Shown in pieces: positions 17,949 through 26,923 of a DNA stretch of 64,000 bases. Each line of letters opens with the position of its first letter. Positions within the stretch are counted from its first letter, which is position 1. The stretch is from Pseudaminobacter sp. (GTDB lineage Bacteria; Pseudomonadota; Alphaproteobacteria; Rhizobiales; Rhizobiaceae), in assembly GCA_035941355.1 (NCBI GenBank), contig DASZDZ010000008.1:16388-80387 (forward strand). Direction: 5' to 3'. A program made the position numbers and the translations under genes. A model generated the notes under the pieces. That model searched no databases. It had not been told where the DNA came from and saw only the letters and a list, made by a program, of their open reading frames with translations.

Positions 17949-19013
17949 CTAGCCCACGGCGCGCCGGACCGTTTTCGACATCCGCTGCAGGAACACCGGC
18001 CGCGACGACGCGACGAGCTTCCATGACAGGATTGCCCTGGCCATCCGCAGCGGCAGCACGCCTATGGAAAGAAACCACGCCGCCAGGAAGGCGCGCCTGC
18101 GCAGCGAAGCGTTCATCTCGAGGCTTGCCGCCACCCCGGCGGCGGCCAGCGTCAGCTTCGAATCGCCGCGCACCGGATGGCGGTCCCCGTCCGTGCACAG
18201 CGAAGCCAGCCGCTCTTCGAGATGGCCGGGATCCCGCAACCCGACATTGTCCGGCAGCGTCAGTCCCATGTCGGCCGTTTGGCGCGACAGCGCTTCGAAC
18301 CGGTGGAAGTCGTGCCGCACCCGCCAGCGCGCGCGCTCGCCGAGCTTTTCCCCGAATACCGAATGGTTGGAACCGTGCTGGCGGTATGCGCCAAGGCACG
18401 CTTCGATCGATTTCACCCTTCCGTAGAGGGGCGCCAGCGTCACCAGATAGCCGTCCGCGCCCTGCCGGAAGTCGGCTTCCGGAATCGGAAATATCGGTTC
18501 CAGCGCCGAACGGTCGAAGGCGAGCCCGCTCGTCACAGTCGTGCGATACCGCCCGCTGCGCAGCAGCTTGGGCAGCACGTCGCCGTCGTCGAAGGGCAGT
18601 TCCGGCGGCGGGAATACGTCCTTCACGTCTTGGCGTTCGTCGACCACATGCAGCCTGAACTGCACCTGCGCGGTCTTTGCCTGCCACGCATCGACCACTT
18701 CGGACACGGCGTTCGGGTAGAGATAGTCGTCGGCGTCGAGGAAGAAGACGATCCGCCCGCCGGAGGCAGCGAATCCTGCATTGAAGGCCGACGCGTGGCC
18801 TCCATTCTCCTCCTTGAAGCAGGGCAATATCCTGTCGCCGTACGACCTGATGATCTCCCTCGACCCGTCGGTCGATACGTCGTCGACGACGATCACCTCC
18901 ACGGCGGGATGCGTCTGGCGCAAGGCGCTGTCGATGCAGCGGCCGAGAAACCGCGCATAGTTGAAATTCGTGATTATGATCGACGCCGGGACTTGCCCTG
19001 TGGAGTGGTGCAT
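17949..19013 (-). CDS. glycosyltransferase family 2 protein
   Basis: ASIIITNFNYARFLGRCIDSALRQTHPAVEVIVVDDVSTDGSREII...FLDADDYL (GT-A fold with DxD). Internal ATG 19013 avoids overlap with the upstream membrane gene. Confidence 0.85.
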   Translation of the reverse strand: MHHSTGQVPASIIITNFNYARFLGRCIDSALRQTHPAVEVIVVDDVSTDGSREIIRSYGDRILPCFKEENGGHASAFNAGFAASGGRIVFFLDADDYLYPNAVSEVVDAWQAKTAQVQFRLHVVDERQDVKDVFPPPELPFDDGDVLPKLLRSGRYRTTVTSGLAFDRSALEPIFPIPEADFRQGADGYLVTLAPLYGRVKSIEACLGAYRQHGSNHSVFGEKLGERARWRVRHDFHRFEALSRQTADMGLTLPDNVGLRDPGHLEERLASLCTDGDRHPVRGDSKLTLAAAGVAASLEMNASLRRRAFLAAWFLSIGVLPLRMARAILSWKLVASSRPVFLQRMSKTVRRAVG

Positions 19014-19096
19014 TCGATGAACCTCGCACTCGTTTCGGGATTGCGGTTCATTGGGCCTAACAACGAAGTTTGACGAGAAGATGCAGGCGCGCGCCG

Positions 19097-19723
19097 TCAC
19101 AAGATCAGGACGATGCCGGTGATCGCCAGTGCGGCGACCCAGAGCAGATCGAAATTGATCCAGCCGCGCCGCAGCAGCGAAAGGCCGAGCCATTCATAGA
19201 CCGAGACCGAGATCGCCAGCGTTACCGCCAGCATGGCGGCCGTGTGCGTGCCGACCGCCGCCAGCGCCACCGGCAGCGATCCGGCGGCCGTCAGTTCCCC
19301 CGCCGGGTCCGCCGAGAAGCACAGCGGGATGATGACCGGAACCAGCATGAGGCCGGCGCCGTGGGCAGTCGCCATCACGAACGACCAGACGCCGAGCCCC
19401 AGCATGCCCGTTTTCATGCCGACCCGAACGCGGCGGCGGTGGCCGTATGCGGCGTGGTAGGCGGCCCAGCCAACCAGCGCCGTGCCGGCCGCGGTTTCAA
19501 GGACCCGCTGCTCGATGAGGAAGCCGAGCGCCACCACCGCCAACGCGACGGCGGCGATCGAAATCATGTGTCCGGCCGCGATCGGTATCAGCGACTTCAG
19601 CACCATGCCGCGGCTTTGCCTGTGCAGGCCGAGCGCGACCGCGAACAGCCAGCCCATGGCGGGGTTGAGGCCGTGGAACGCGCCAAGGCCGGCAAGCACC
19701 AGCCAGGGCGAGACCGTGGCCAT
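19097..19723 (-). CDS. His-containing polytopic membrane protein of unknown function
   Basis: 208-aa ORF with about 6 hydrophobic segments and His-containing motifs (AFHGLNPAMGW, AAGHMIS, YHAAYGHRRR, ATAHGAG). Lies directly downstream of the SBP56 gene. Confidence 0.7.
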   Translation of the reverse strand: MATVSPWLVLAGLGAFHGLNPAMGWLFAVALGLHRQSRGMVLKSLIPIAAGHMISIAAVALAVVALGFLIEQRVLETAAGTALVGWAAYHAAYGHRRRVRVGMKTGMLGLGVWSFVMATAHGAGLMLVPVIIPLCFSADPAGELTAAGSLPVALAAVGTHTAAMLAVTLAISVSVYEWLGLSLLRRGWINFDLLWVAALAITGIVLIL

Positions 19724-19756
19724 TCTATGCGGTCCGTTTCGCTTGCGCCGGCATCG

Positions 19757-21151
19757 TCACGGATAGCAGTAGGAATCGGACGAGCAGTCGCCTCCTTCCA
19801 GGCGCACCTGGTGCGGCCGATGGCCCTTCGGCCAGTCGATGAAGAAGTTCGGATCGAATTCGATGCCGCCGTTCTCGCCCACGTCGAGCTTCACCATCCA
19901 GCCTTCGATGCCCTCGGGATAGAATTGCGGGTCGATGGCCCCGTAGAGCGAGTTGGTGAAGTAGACCCGCCTGCCGTCCCGGCTGATCTCGACCATTTGC
20001 GGGCCGCCGTTGAGCGCGCCGTTCGTCGCCTTTGGATGCGTCGCCCTCGACACGATGCCGCCTATGCGCACCCGGCCCGCCTCCTTCGGCTCGAACGGGT
20101 CCGATACGTCGTACTGGATCATGTCGCCCGTGCCCCAGCAGGACACGTAGAGGAAGCGGTCGTCCATCGACAGGTCGATGTCGGTCACCAGCGGCGGCAC
20201 CGCCTTGAAGCCCTTCAGCAGGGGCGGCAGGAGGTCCGGATCGGCCGGCTCGGCCGGGATTTCTATCACCTTCCTGACTGCCCATTTGTCGCCGTCGCGG
20301 TACCAGGTCCAGATTGATGCCGAGAGATCCTTGAGGCTGATGACGCAGCCCACGAAGCCGTAGGCCTTTGTGGGATCGTGCGCCGGGCGCAGTTCGAACA
20401 CCAGCTGGTGCTCCTCGCCGAAGTCGATTTCCTGCTGGTGCTTGCGCTTGTGCAGGTCCCAGAAGTGCAGCCGCCGCCCGTATTTGCTGCCGAGCAATAT
20501 CTCGGGCACCAGCCCGTTCTCGAACGTGTCGGGCGTTCCCCATTCGCTGGTGATCATCGTGTCATGGCCGAGATGCCACCAGAAATCGTAGGCCAGTTTT
20601 TGCGGTCCGCGGTCCATCTCCCACTGGCCGAGCACCTCGAAGCTTTCGGGATCGAGCAGGAATATGCCGCCCGGCCCCTTGCCCTCGGCGTTTCCGAGCG
20701 CGTTGACGTATATGCCCTCCGGCCCGCAATGGGTCGTATGCAGGCGCGAATAGCCGGCCCTTTCGGCGATCGTCTCCGGCTCTATGACCTTCACGATCTT
20801 GGGATTTCTGGGATCAGGCTTGGTGTCGATGATGTGCAGCCTGGACGAACGCAGGCCAGGAACGACGAGGTAGCGCCGTTCCATATGCGGGTGCGGCGCG
20901 TTGGGGCAGAGGCAGGACGAGCAGGCGTTCCAGCCGAAATGGTGCAGCTCGTCGCCGGAGTTCGGCATGTCGACCTGGCCCACGATCTGCGAATAGGAAG
21001 GCGATTGCGGGTCGACATCGACCACGGCGATCGCGTCGGGCGTGCGGCGGTCGGGATCGAAGGCGGCGACGTAGGCTAGCCTTTCCTTCGGCGCCTTGGC
21101 CGCCATTCTCGGCGACGGATAAAATGAGGGATCGGGTTGCCAGCTTGCCAT
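19757..21151 (-). CDS. selenium-binding protein SBP56 family (methanethiol-oxidase-like)
   Basis: MASWQPDPSFYPSPRMAAKAPKERLAYVAAFD...ELHHFGWNACSSCLCP...HTTHCGPEGIYVNALG...YVSCWGTGDMIQYDVSDPF is characteristic of SBP56. ATG 21151 preceded by GAGGAGG. No signal peptide is visible. Confidence 0.9.
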   Translation of the reverse strand: MASWQPDPSFYPSPRMAAKAPKERLAYVAAFDPDRRTPDAIAVVDVDPQSPSYSQIVGQVDMPNSGDELHHFGWNACSSCLCPNAPHPHMERRYLVVPGLRSSRLHIIDTKPDPRNPKIVKVIEPETIAERAGYSRLHTTHCGPEGIYVNALGNAEGKGPGGIFLLDPESFEVLGQWEMDRGPQKLAYDFWWHLGHDTMITSEWGTPDTFENGLVPEILLGSKYGRRLHFWDLHKRKHQQEIDFGEEHQLVFELRPAHDPTKAYGFVGCVISLKDLSASIWTWYRDGDKWAVRKVIEIPAEPADPDLLPPLLKGFKAVPPLVTDIDLSMDDRFLYVSCWGTGDMIQYDVSDPFEPKEAGRVRIGGIVSRATHPKATNGALNGGPQMVEISRDGRRVYFTNSLYGAIDPQFYPEGIEGWMVKLDVGENGGIEFDPNFFIDWPKGHRPHQVRLEGGDCSSDSYCYP

Positions 21152-21444
21152 GATGAAACCTCCTCTTGCTTGTTGATTGCTCTCTTTCAGTTGCTTGCTG
21201 ATCGGTCTTGCTGTCCCCGCTGGATGGCGTAAGGCGCGATTGTCGCACCGGCGGCGGGCGGCGTCCAATCACGTCGCTTGCGGCCGGGCTCACGAAGGTA
21301 CTGTTGCCTGGCCCGCGGCTCATGGATGGGAGTGCGGCGGGAAGTTGGCTTCGCCCTTCGACCGCCCTACGTTCCGGAAAACTTCCAGAAAACCGCTAGC
21401 CCGGGATCCTGCGTTGGCGCTGGTGTGCGAAGGATGACAAAGAG

Positions 21445-22362
21445 ATGATCCTCACCCGCCGAACATTCGTGAAGGCTGCAGCTGCTTCCGGAGCGGCTTT
21501 CGCGTTACCGGGCGTCGCTTCGGGCCAGGCGCGTGCACCTCTGACCCGGACCATCCCGTCCTCAGGCGAGGCGATCCCGGCGGTCGGCCTCGGCACCTGG
21601 ATCACCTTCAACGTCGGCGATGACCCGGTGCTGCGCGACGAATGTGCCGACGTGATCACGGCGTTCTTCGAGGCGGGCGGAAGCGTGATCGATTCCTCGC
21701 CCATGTACGGCTCCTCGCAACCCGCGATCGGCTATGGCCTCGAAAGACTGGGCCGGCCGGACACGCTGTTTTCGGCGGAGAAGGTCTGGACCTCCGCCGC
21801 GGCGGATGGACCTTCGCAAATCGAGCAGTCCCGGCGCTTCTGGGGTGTTGAACAATTCGACCTGGTGCAGGTCCACAATCTCGTCGGCTGGAAGGCGCAT
21901 CTCGAAACGCTCTTTGCCATGAAAGCGGCCGAACGGATCCGCTATGTAGGCATAACCACCTCCGAAGGCCGCCGGCACGATCTGTTCGAACGGATCATGC
22001 GGGACTTTCCGCTCGACTTCGTGCAACTCAGCTATAACATCGTCGACCGAGAGGCGGAGGAGCGCCTCCTGCCGCTGGCGGCTGAGCGGGGCATAGCCGT
22101 CATCGTCAACCGGCCTTTCCGGCAAGGAGAGCTGACGCAGCGGCTCGAAGGCGAGCCCCTGCCCGCCTGGGCGGCTGAAATCGGAGCTTCAAGCTGGGCG
22201 CAGTTCATCCTGAAGTTCATCCTCGCGCATCCGTCGGTCACGGTCGCCATCCCCGCCACCACACGCGTCGATCATGTGCGCGAAAACGTGGCCGCCGCGG
22301 CCGATCCCCTCCCCGACGCGGCCATGCGCGAGCGAATGGCCGCCCATGTCCGGGATCTCTAG
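21445..22362 (+). CDS. aldo/keto reductase with twin-arginine signal peptide
   Basis: MILTRRTFVKAAAASGAAFALPGVASGQA (Tat motif), then an AKR fold (..IDSSPMYGSSQ.., ..VQVHNL.., ..RYVGITTS..). Confidence 0.85.
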   Translation: MILTRRTFVKAAAASGAAFALPGVASGQARAPLTRTIPSSGEAIPAVGLGTWITFNVGDDPVLRDECADVITAFFEAGGSVIDSSPMYGSSQPAIGYGLERLGRPDTLFSAEKVWTSAAADGPSQIEQSRRFWGVEQFDLVQVHNLVGWKAHLETLFAMKAAERIRYVGITTSEGRRHDLFERIMRDFPLDFVQLSYNIVDREAEERLLPLAAERGIAVIVNRPFRQGELTQRLEGEPLPAWAAEIGASSWAQFILKFILAHPSVTVAIPATTRVDHVRENVAAAADPLPDAAMRERMAAHVRDL

Positions 22363-23034
22363 ATGTCTGAATGGTGGACGTACCGGCCGGAAGACTTCCT
22401 GCTCTTCTCCCCGCGCGTCTACTGGCGCATGTTCGAGCTGCACAATGCCGCATTCTGGCCGCTGCATTTCGCAACGCTTGCCGCGGGCCTTGTCATCATC
22501 TTGCTCGTGCTTCGGCGGCTGCCCAGGCGTGGACTGTGGGTCGCGCTCATCCTCGCGGCGCTCTGGGCCTTCGTCGGCTGGACTTTTCTGTGGAGCCGCT
22601 ATGCGGCGATCAACTGGGCGATCATCTATGTCGCGCCGGCCTTCGGCTTGCAGGCGCTGCTGCTGGCGATCGCCGCCGCGCGCGGCGGTCCCGTCTTGGA
22701 CCGGAAGGACGCCGGCGCATGGGTCGGAGTGCTGCTCATGGCGATTGGCATCGCCGCCTACCCGCTTCTGCCGCCGCTCTTCGAGCGGCCATGGCGAAGC
22801 GCGGAAGTCTTCGGAATAGCACCTGACCCGACGGCGATTGCAACGCTCGGTGCCCTGCTGCCCGCGAGCGGCCGGTTTGCGCCGCTGCTGTTGGTCATTC
22901 CGCTGCTTTGGCTGCTGCTCAGCGGCCTGACACTACAAACCATGGGCGATCCTCAGGCTTGGCTGCCGCTTCTGACGGCCGGGACGGTTGTCGCTGCACT
23001 GGCCCTGCGCCGCTTGACCTCGGCTGCGGGCTAA
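22363..23034 (+). CDS. membrane protein of unknown function, abutting the AKR stop codon
   Basis: The ATG immediately follows the TAG of the upstream gene. Product has about 6 TM segments (MSEWWTYRPEDFLLFSPRVYWRMFELHNAAFWPLHF...). Confidence 0.7.
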   Translation: MSEWWTYRPEDFLLFSPRVYWRMFELHNAAFWPLHFATLAAGLVIILLVLRRLPRRGLWVALILAALWAFVGWTFLWSRYAAINWAIIYVAPAFGLQALLLAIAAARGGPVLDRKDAGAWVGVLLMAIGIAAYPLLPPLFERPWRSAEVFGIAPDPTAIATLGALLPASGRFAPLLLVIPLLWLLLSGLTLQTMGDPQAWLPLLTAGTVVAALALRRLTSAAG

Positions 23035-23070
23035 CCCACCTGCACTTTAGCTAATAGGCGCCGGCCTGGA

Positions 23071-24105
23071 TCACGCGGAGCCGCCGTCATCGTCGACCGA
23101 CCCGCCCGACAGCAGCACCGCGATCCACCGGCTCGAGGGGTCCTGAGCGCAATAGACGATGAAGACCATCAGCATCGGCACGCCGAGAAACGCACCGGGA
23201 ATGCCCCACATGAAGCTCCAGAAGAATACCGCGAAAATGACCGCGAAAGGCGAGATCTTCAAGGACGCGCCGGTGAGCAGCGGCTCCAGATAGCTGCCGA
23301 TGATGAACTGGATGATGTTGAGGCCGATGAACACCACCACCGCCATCTGCCACGATTCGAATTGGGCGATGGCGAACAGCGTCGGAAACACCGTTGCGAT
23401 CAGTGGCCCGAGAAACGGGATGTAGTTCAGCGCGAAGGCGATGGCGCCCCAGGCTGCGGCCAGTTCGAGGCCGGCGGCAAGCGCAAACGCCCAGACGACG
23501 AGGCCGGTGAGCACGCTGGCGAAACTGCGCACCACCATGTAGCGGCGCAGCTTGCCGGCGATCTCGCGGATGGCCCCCAGGATTTTCTCGCCCTGCGGCT
23601 GGGCTGCGGGCAATCGCAGCCGCCGGGTGAAATCGTCGACCTCGAGCAGGCCCAGCATGACGAAGATGAACACCAGGACGAGGAAGCCGGCGAAGCCGTT
23701 GAGCCTGAGCACTATGCGCTGCGTGGCGCGGACCAGCCACATCACGTCGAAGCGGTCGGCGAGCGGGCCGGCGATCGCGATGCCGTGCAGCTCCAGCCAA
23801 TCGGCCCAGCTGACATAGATTTCTTGGTAACGCCCCGCATTGACGAACAGCCATTGGCCGAGCCTGCCGAGGCCCCAGGCGATCGACGAGCCGACCATCA
23901 GGATAACCAATATGGTCAGGGTCAGCGTGATGAGCAGCGCCAGCAGCTCCGGTATCCACCTTTTGAGCGCCCGCTGCAGCGGCCAGACCAGCGCGATGGC
24001 GAAAAGCGAGACGACCAGCGGCACCAGGATCGACTGGGCGAAATAAAGCAGGGCGATGACGAGGATGCCCGTCGACAGACGGCTGACCGGTCGGCTGGCG
24101 TTCAT
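23071..24105 (-). CDS. AI-2E family transporter (PerM/YhhT-like)
   Basis: 344-aa polytopic protein. ..YIPFLGPLIATVFPTLFAIAQ.., ..SLKISPFAVIFAVFFWSFMWGIPGAFLGVPMLM.. is typical of the family. Confidence 0.85.
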   Translation of the reverse strand: MNASRPVSRLSTGILVIALLYFAQSILVPLVVSLFAIALVWPLQRALKRWIPELLALLITLTLTILVILMVGSSIAWGLGRLGQWLFVNAGRYQEIYVSWADWLELHGIAIAGPLADRFDVMWLVRATQRIVLRLNGFAGFLVLVFIFVMLGLLEVDDFTRRLRLPAAQPQGEKILGAIREIAGKLRRYMVVRSFASVLTGLVVWAFALAAGLELAAAWGAIAFALNYIPFLGPLIATVFPTLFAIAQFESWQMAVVVFIGLNIIQFIIGSYLEPLLTGASLKISPFAVIFAVFFWSFMWGIPGAFLGVPMLMVFIVYCAQDPSSRWIAVLLSGGSVDDDGGSA

Positions 24106-24170
24106 CTTCGTCGTGCCCCGCCTTCAAACTGCGTCATCGAACCGCTGCGTAGCAGTTGACGTGACCGCCA

Positions 24171-24551
24171 TCAACGGCAGGGGCCGGAATGGACGATCGC
24201 GTACCCCTCGACGCGCGCCAGGCAACCGTTGGTGAAGGTGCGCAGCCGTCCGTTGCGGCTTGCGCAGACCCTGGCGATCTCGCGCGTGCATTGAAAGATG
24301 GGACGACATTGGCCGCGCGCGATGACGCGGAAGCCTTCGGCTCGCGCAAGGCAGGCATTTGCGAAGGTGCGCTGCCGGTCGCCGCGCTGCCCGCAGACCG
24401 GGTCGTGCTGCATGGTGCATGCGACCGGTGCGGGAGCCGGCCGGGGCTGCTCCACCACCACCGTGCAGGCGGAAACGATGCCGGCGATGAGCAGGAGGAG
24501 CGCTGCGGGGTGGGAAAGAACGCTTCGGATCATCACATTGTCCTTTCGCAT
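24171..24551 (-). CDS. lipoprotein with two Kazal-like domains
   Basis: Lipobox LLIAGIVSAC. Two repeats: C-x5-PVCGQRGDRQRTFANACLARAEGFRVIARGQC and CTREIARVCASRNGRLRTFTNGCLARVEGYAIVHSGPC. ATG 24551 is used; the alternative is ATG 24533. Confidence 0.7.
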   Translation of the reverse strand: MRKDNVMIRSVLSHPAALLLLIAGIVSACTVVVEQPRPAPAPVACTMQHDPVCGQRGDRQRTFANACLARAEGFRVIARGQCRPIFQCTREIARVCASRNGRLRTFTNGCLARVEGYAIVHSGPCR

Positions 24552-24579
24552 CTTGGATGTCCTGCGGCGGCCACCATCT

Positions 24580-24918
24580 TCAGCGCCCCGCCTTGTTTCG
24601 GATAAACCCGGCAACGGCCACCAGCAGGATGCCGCCAATCAGCCCGGAAATGCCCACCCCGACGAGGATCGCCGGGGTGAGGCCACCCATGCTTTGCGCG
24701 GTGGCGTCAGCCGCCTGTTCGACGCGCCCGACAAAGCGGCCGACGCCGGGTGTTCGCGCTGCAAGCCAGGTCAGCGCCAATCCGCCGATCGCGCCGGCAA
24801 GCGCGTCGCCGCCAGCGCCGAGGCTCAGCCTGCGAACGAACCTTCCGAAGAAGATGCCTCCCGCCGCGCCGCAAACGATCTCGATAATGATGGGAACGAG
24901 TGCTTGCGCCGTCAGCAT
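24580..24918 (-). CDS. small glycine-rich membrane protein (possibly GlsB/YeaQ/YmgE-like)
   Basis: 112 aa with Gly-rich TM segments (IVCGAAGGIFFG, GAIGGLALTWLA, GVGISGLIGGILLVAVAGF). Lies 15 nt downstream of the SLC13 gene. Confidence 0.5.
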   Translation of the reverse strand: MLTAQALVPIIIEIVCGAAGGIFFGRFVRRLSLGAGGDALAGAIGGLALTWLAARTPGVGRFVGRVEQAADATAQSMGGLTPAILVGVGISGLIGGILLVAVAGFIRNKAGR

Positions 24919-24933
24919 GGCTTCACCCCGCCT

Positions 24934-26865
24934 TCAAAACCGCCAGATCAGCGGCACGATGAAGACCGCCACCACGAAGAACCAGAGCAGCAGCGGCAGT
25001 CCGAGCTTCCAATAGTCGCTGAACGCATAGCCGCCGGGTCCCATCACCATCAGGTTCGTCGGCGTTGCGATAGGAGTCAGGAACGCCGCGGCGGCGGCCA
25101 CCGCCACGCTCATCAGCACGGGACGAGGCGATATGCCCATCGCCGCCGCGGCCGCTACACTGATCGGGATGATGATAAGCGCGGTGGCGGTATTGCTGAT
25201 GAGCTGCCCCATGATGGCGGTCATAACGAACAGGCCGGCGAGCAACGCCAGCGGGCCTGCGTCGCCGACGACGTCCACGAGGTGCTCGGCCATAAGCTTC
25301 GCCGCGCCCGTTTCCATCATGGCGGTGGACAGCGGCATCATGGCCGCGACCAGGATCACTGTCGTCCAGCCGATGGCGCGGTAGGACTGCTCCACGGTCA
25401 TGATCCCCGAGAGCACGATCGCGCCGGCGGCAAGCAGGCCGGCCACTGCCGGCGGGACGACGCCAGTGGCAAGCAGCACGACCATGGCGACCAGAATGGC
25501 GATGGCCTGGCGTGCGCCCGGTCCCATTGGAACGGCCTGGCGGCGCACCAGCTCGGGCGAGTTGACGACCAGAACGTCGGGATCGTCGAGGTGAGAATCG
25601 AGGGCTTTCCATGTCCCTTGCAGTAGCATGGTGTCGCCGGCCTGCAGCTTGATTCCGCCGCCATGCCTGGTTGCGCTGGCGCTGGCTGCGATCTCCGCGC
25701 CTCCGCGCTGCACGGCCAGAATGATCAGGTCGCCGCTTTCGGTGACCATGCCGGGGAAAACACTTCGGCCGATCAGGCCCGAGCGCGGCGGGATCACGAC
25801 CTCGGCGAGACCGGAACTGCGATTGAACAGTGTCTCTTCGCCCTTGCCGGACGACGCTTCTGTGCGAAATGCGAGGTGCTTTTCGCTGGCGAACGCCGCC
25901 GCCGCCTCCGCCTCGCCGCGCAGCAGCAGGTGATCTCCCTCGACCACCACGGCCCTGCGAAGCGGACTGGCAGTTTCGCCGTCCTGGACGGCGACCAGCT
26001 GCAGTTCCGGATAGGCAGCGAGATCGATCGCCGACGGCAGCGCTCCCACATAGGGCGAGTTCGCGCGCACCCGCATCAGATAGACGCCGCTGGCGAGGCC
26101 GTACTGCTCGACCAGCGTCTTGGCATGGCGGCTGAAATCCGAGGGCATGGTCGCGCCGTTGCGCTCGGGAAGGAGCCGCTTTCCGAAGAGAATGATGATC
26201 GCCATCGTTCCCGCCAGCAGCGGCACGCCGACAAGCGCGAACTCGAAAAAGCCGAACATGCCAACGCCGGCGTCGCCCGCAGCATCGGAAACCAGCACGT
26301 TCACGGGCGTTCCGGTCAGCGCGAGCATCGAGCCGGCGTGTGCGGAAAAAACCAGCGGCATCAACAGCTGCGAGGAGTTCCGCCTGAGCCGGACAGCGAT
26401 GACGACCACCACCGGCAGCAGTGCTGCGACCGCGCCGTTGACGCTGATCAGCGCGGTGAGCAGCGCGACCAGGCTCATTGTCAGCACCAGAAGGCGCGTG
26501 CGGCTTTCTTCGCCCGCTCCGCGGATCAGAAGCTGCCCGGCCCATGCGGTCACGCCGGTGATCTCGAGCCCGGCGCTGACAACGAAGAGCGACGCGATGA
26601 AAATGACCGCCGGATCGCCGAAGCCGCCGAGGGCCTGGCCAATCGTCAACACGCCGGTCGCCCACAGCGCCAATGCGACCAGCATCGAGACGATGACCAC
26701 AGGCAGCCTGTTCGAGACGAACAGGACGACGGCGACGGCGATGATGGCGCCGGTGTAGGCTATCGGGCTCAATCGCTCAGCTCCGTACGAAATGCCGGCA
26801 TCTTGCTGGTTCCTCTTCGACTGCGCCATGCGGGAAAGCGAACCGCGCAAGACGACGTGAAGCAA
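24934..26865 (-). CDS. SLC13/DASS-superfamily permease with two internal TrkA-C (RCK C) domains
   Basis: Two membrane halves flank a soluble insert with two TrkA-C-like units (..GDHLLLRGEAEAAAAF.., ..GDTMLLQGTWKALD..). The start may instead be ATG 26829. Confidence 0.85.
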   Translation of the reverse strand: MLHVVLRGSLSRMAQSKRNQQDAGISYGAERLSPIAYTGAIIAVAVVLFVSNRLPVVIVSMLVALALWATGVLTIGQALGGFGDPAVIFIASLFVVSAGLEITGVTAWAGQLLIRGAGEESRTRLLVLTMSLVALLTALISVNGAVAALLPVVVVIAVRLRRNSSQLLMPLVFSAHAGSMLALTGTPVNVLVSDAAGDAGVGMFGFFEFALVGVPLLAGTMAIIILFGKRLLPERNGATMPSDFSRHAKTLVEQYGLASGVYLMRVRANSPYVGALPSAIDLAAYPELQLVAVQDGETASPLRRAVVVEGDHLLLRGEAEAAAAFASEKHLAFRTEASSGKGEETLFNRSSGLAEVVIPPRSGLIGRSVFPGMVTESGDLIILAVQRGGAEIAASASATRHGGGIKLQAGDTMLLQGTWKALDSHLDDPDVLVVNSPELVRRQAVPMGPGARQAIAILVAMVVLLATGVVPPAVAGLLAAGAIVLSGIMTVEQSYRAIGWTTVILVAAMMPLSTAMMETGAAKLMAEHLVDVVGDAGPLALLAGLFVMTAIMGQLISNTATALIIIPISVAAAAAMGISPRPVLMSVAVAAAAAFLTPIATPTNLMVMGPGGYAFSDYWKLGLPLLLWFFVVAVFIVPLIWRF

Positions 26866-26923
26866 TCAGCCGAGGCCGGTTCCGAAGCTGGCTGTCGAAA
26901 GTTCCGCTGGTTGTGCGCACCTG

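Noticed and set aside
21345-21375. GGAAC on the minus strand upstream of the SBP56 gene
   Set aside because: The position 17 nt downstream reads CGAA, not CGTT, and the site lies about 200 nt from the start codon.
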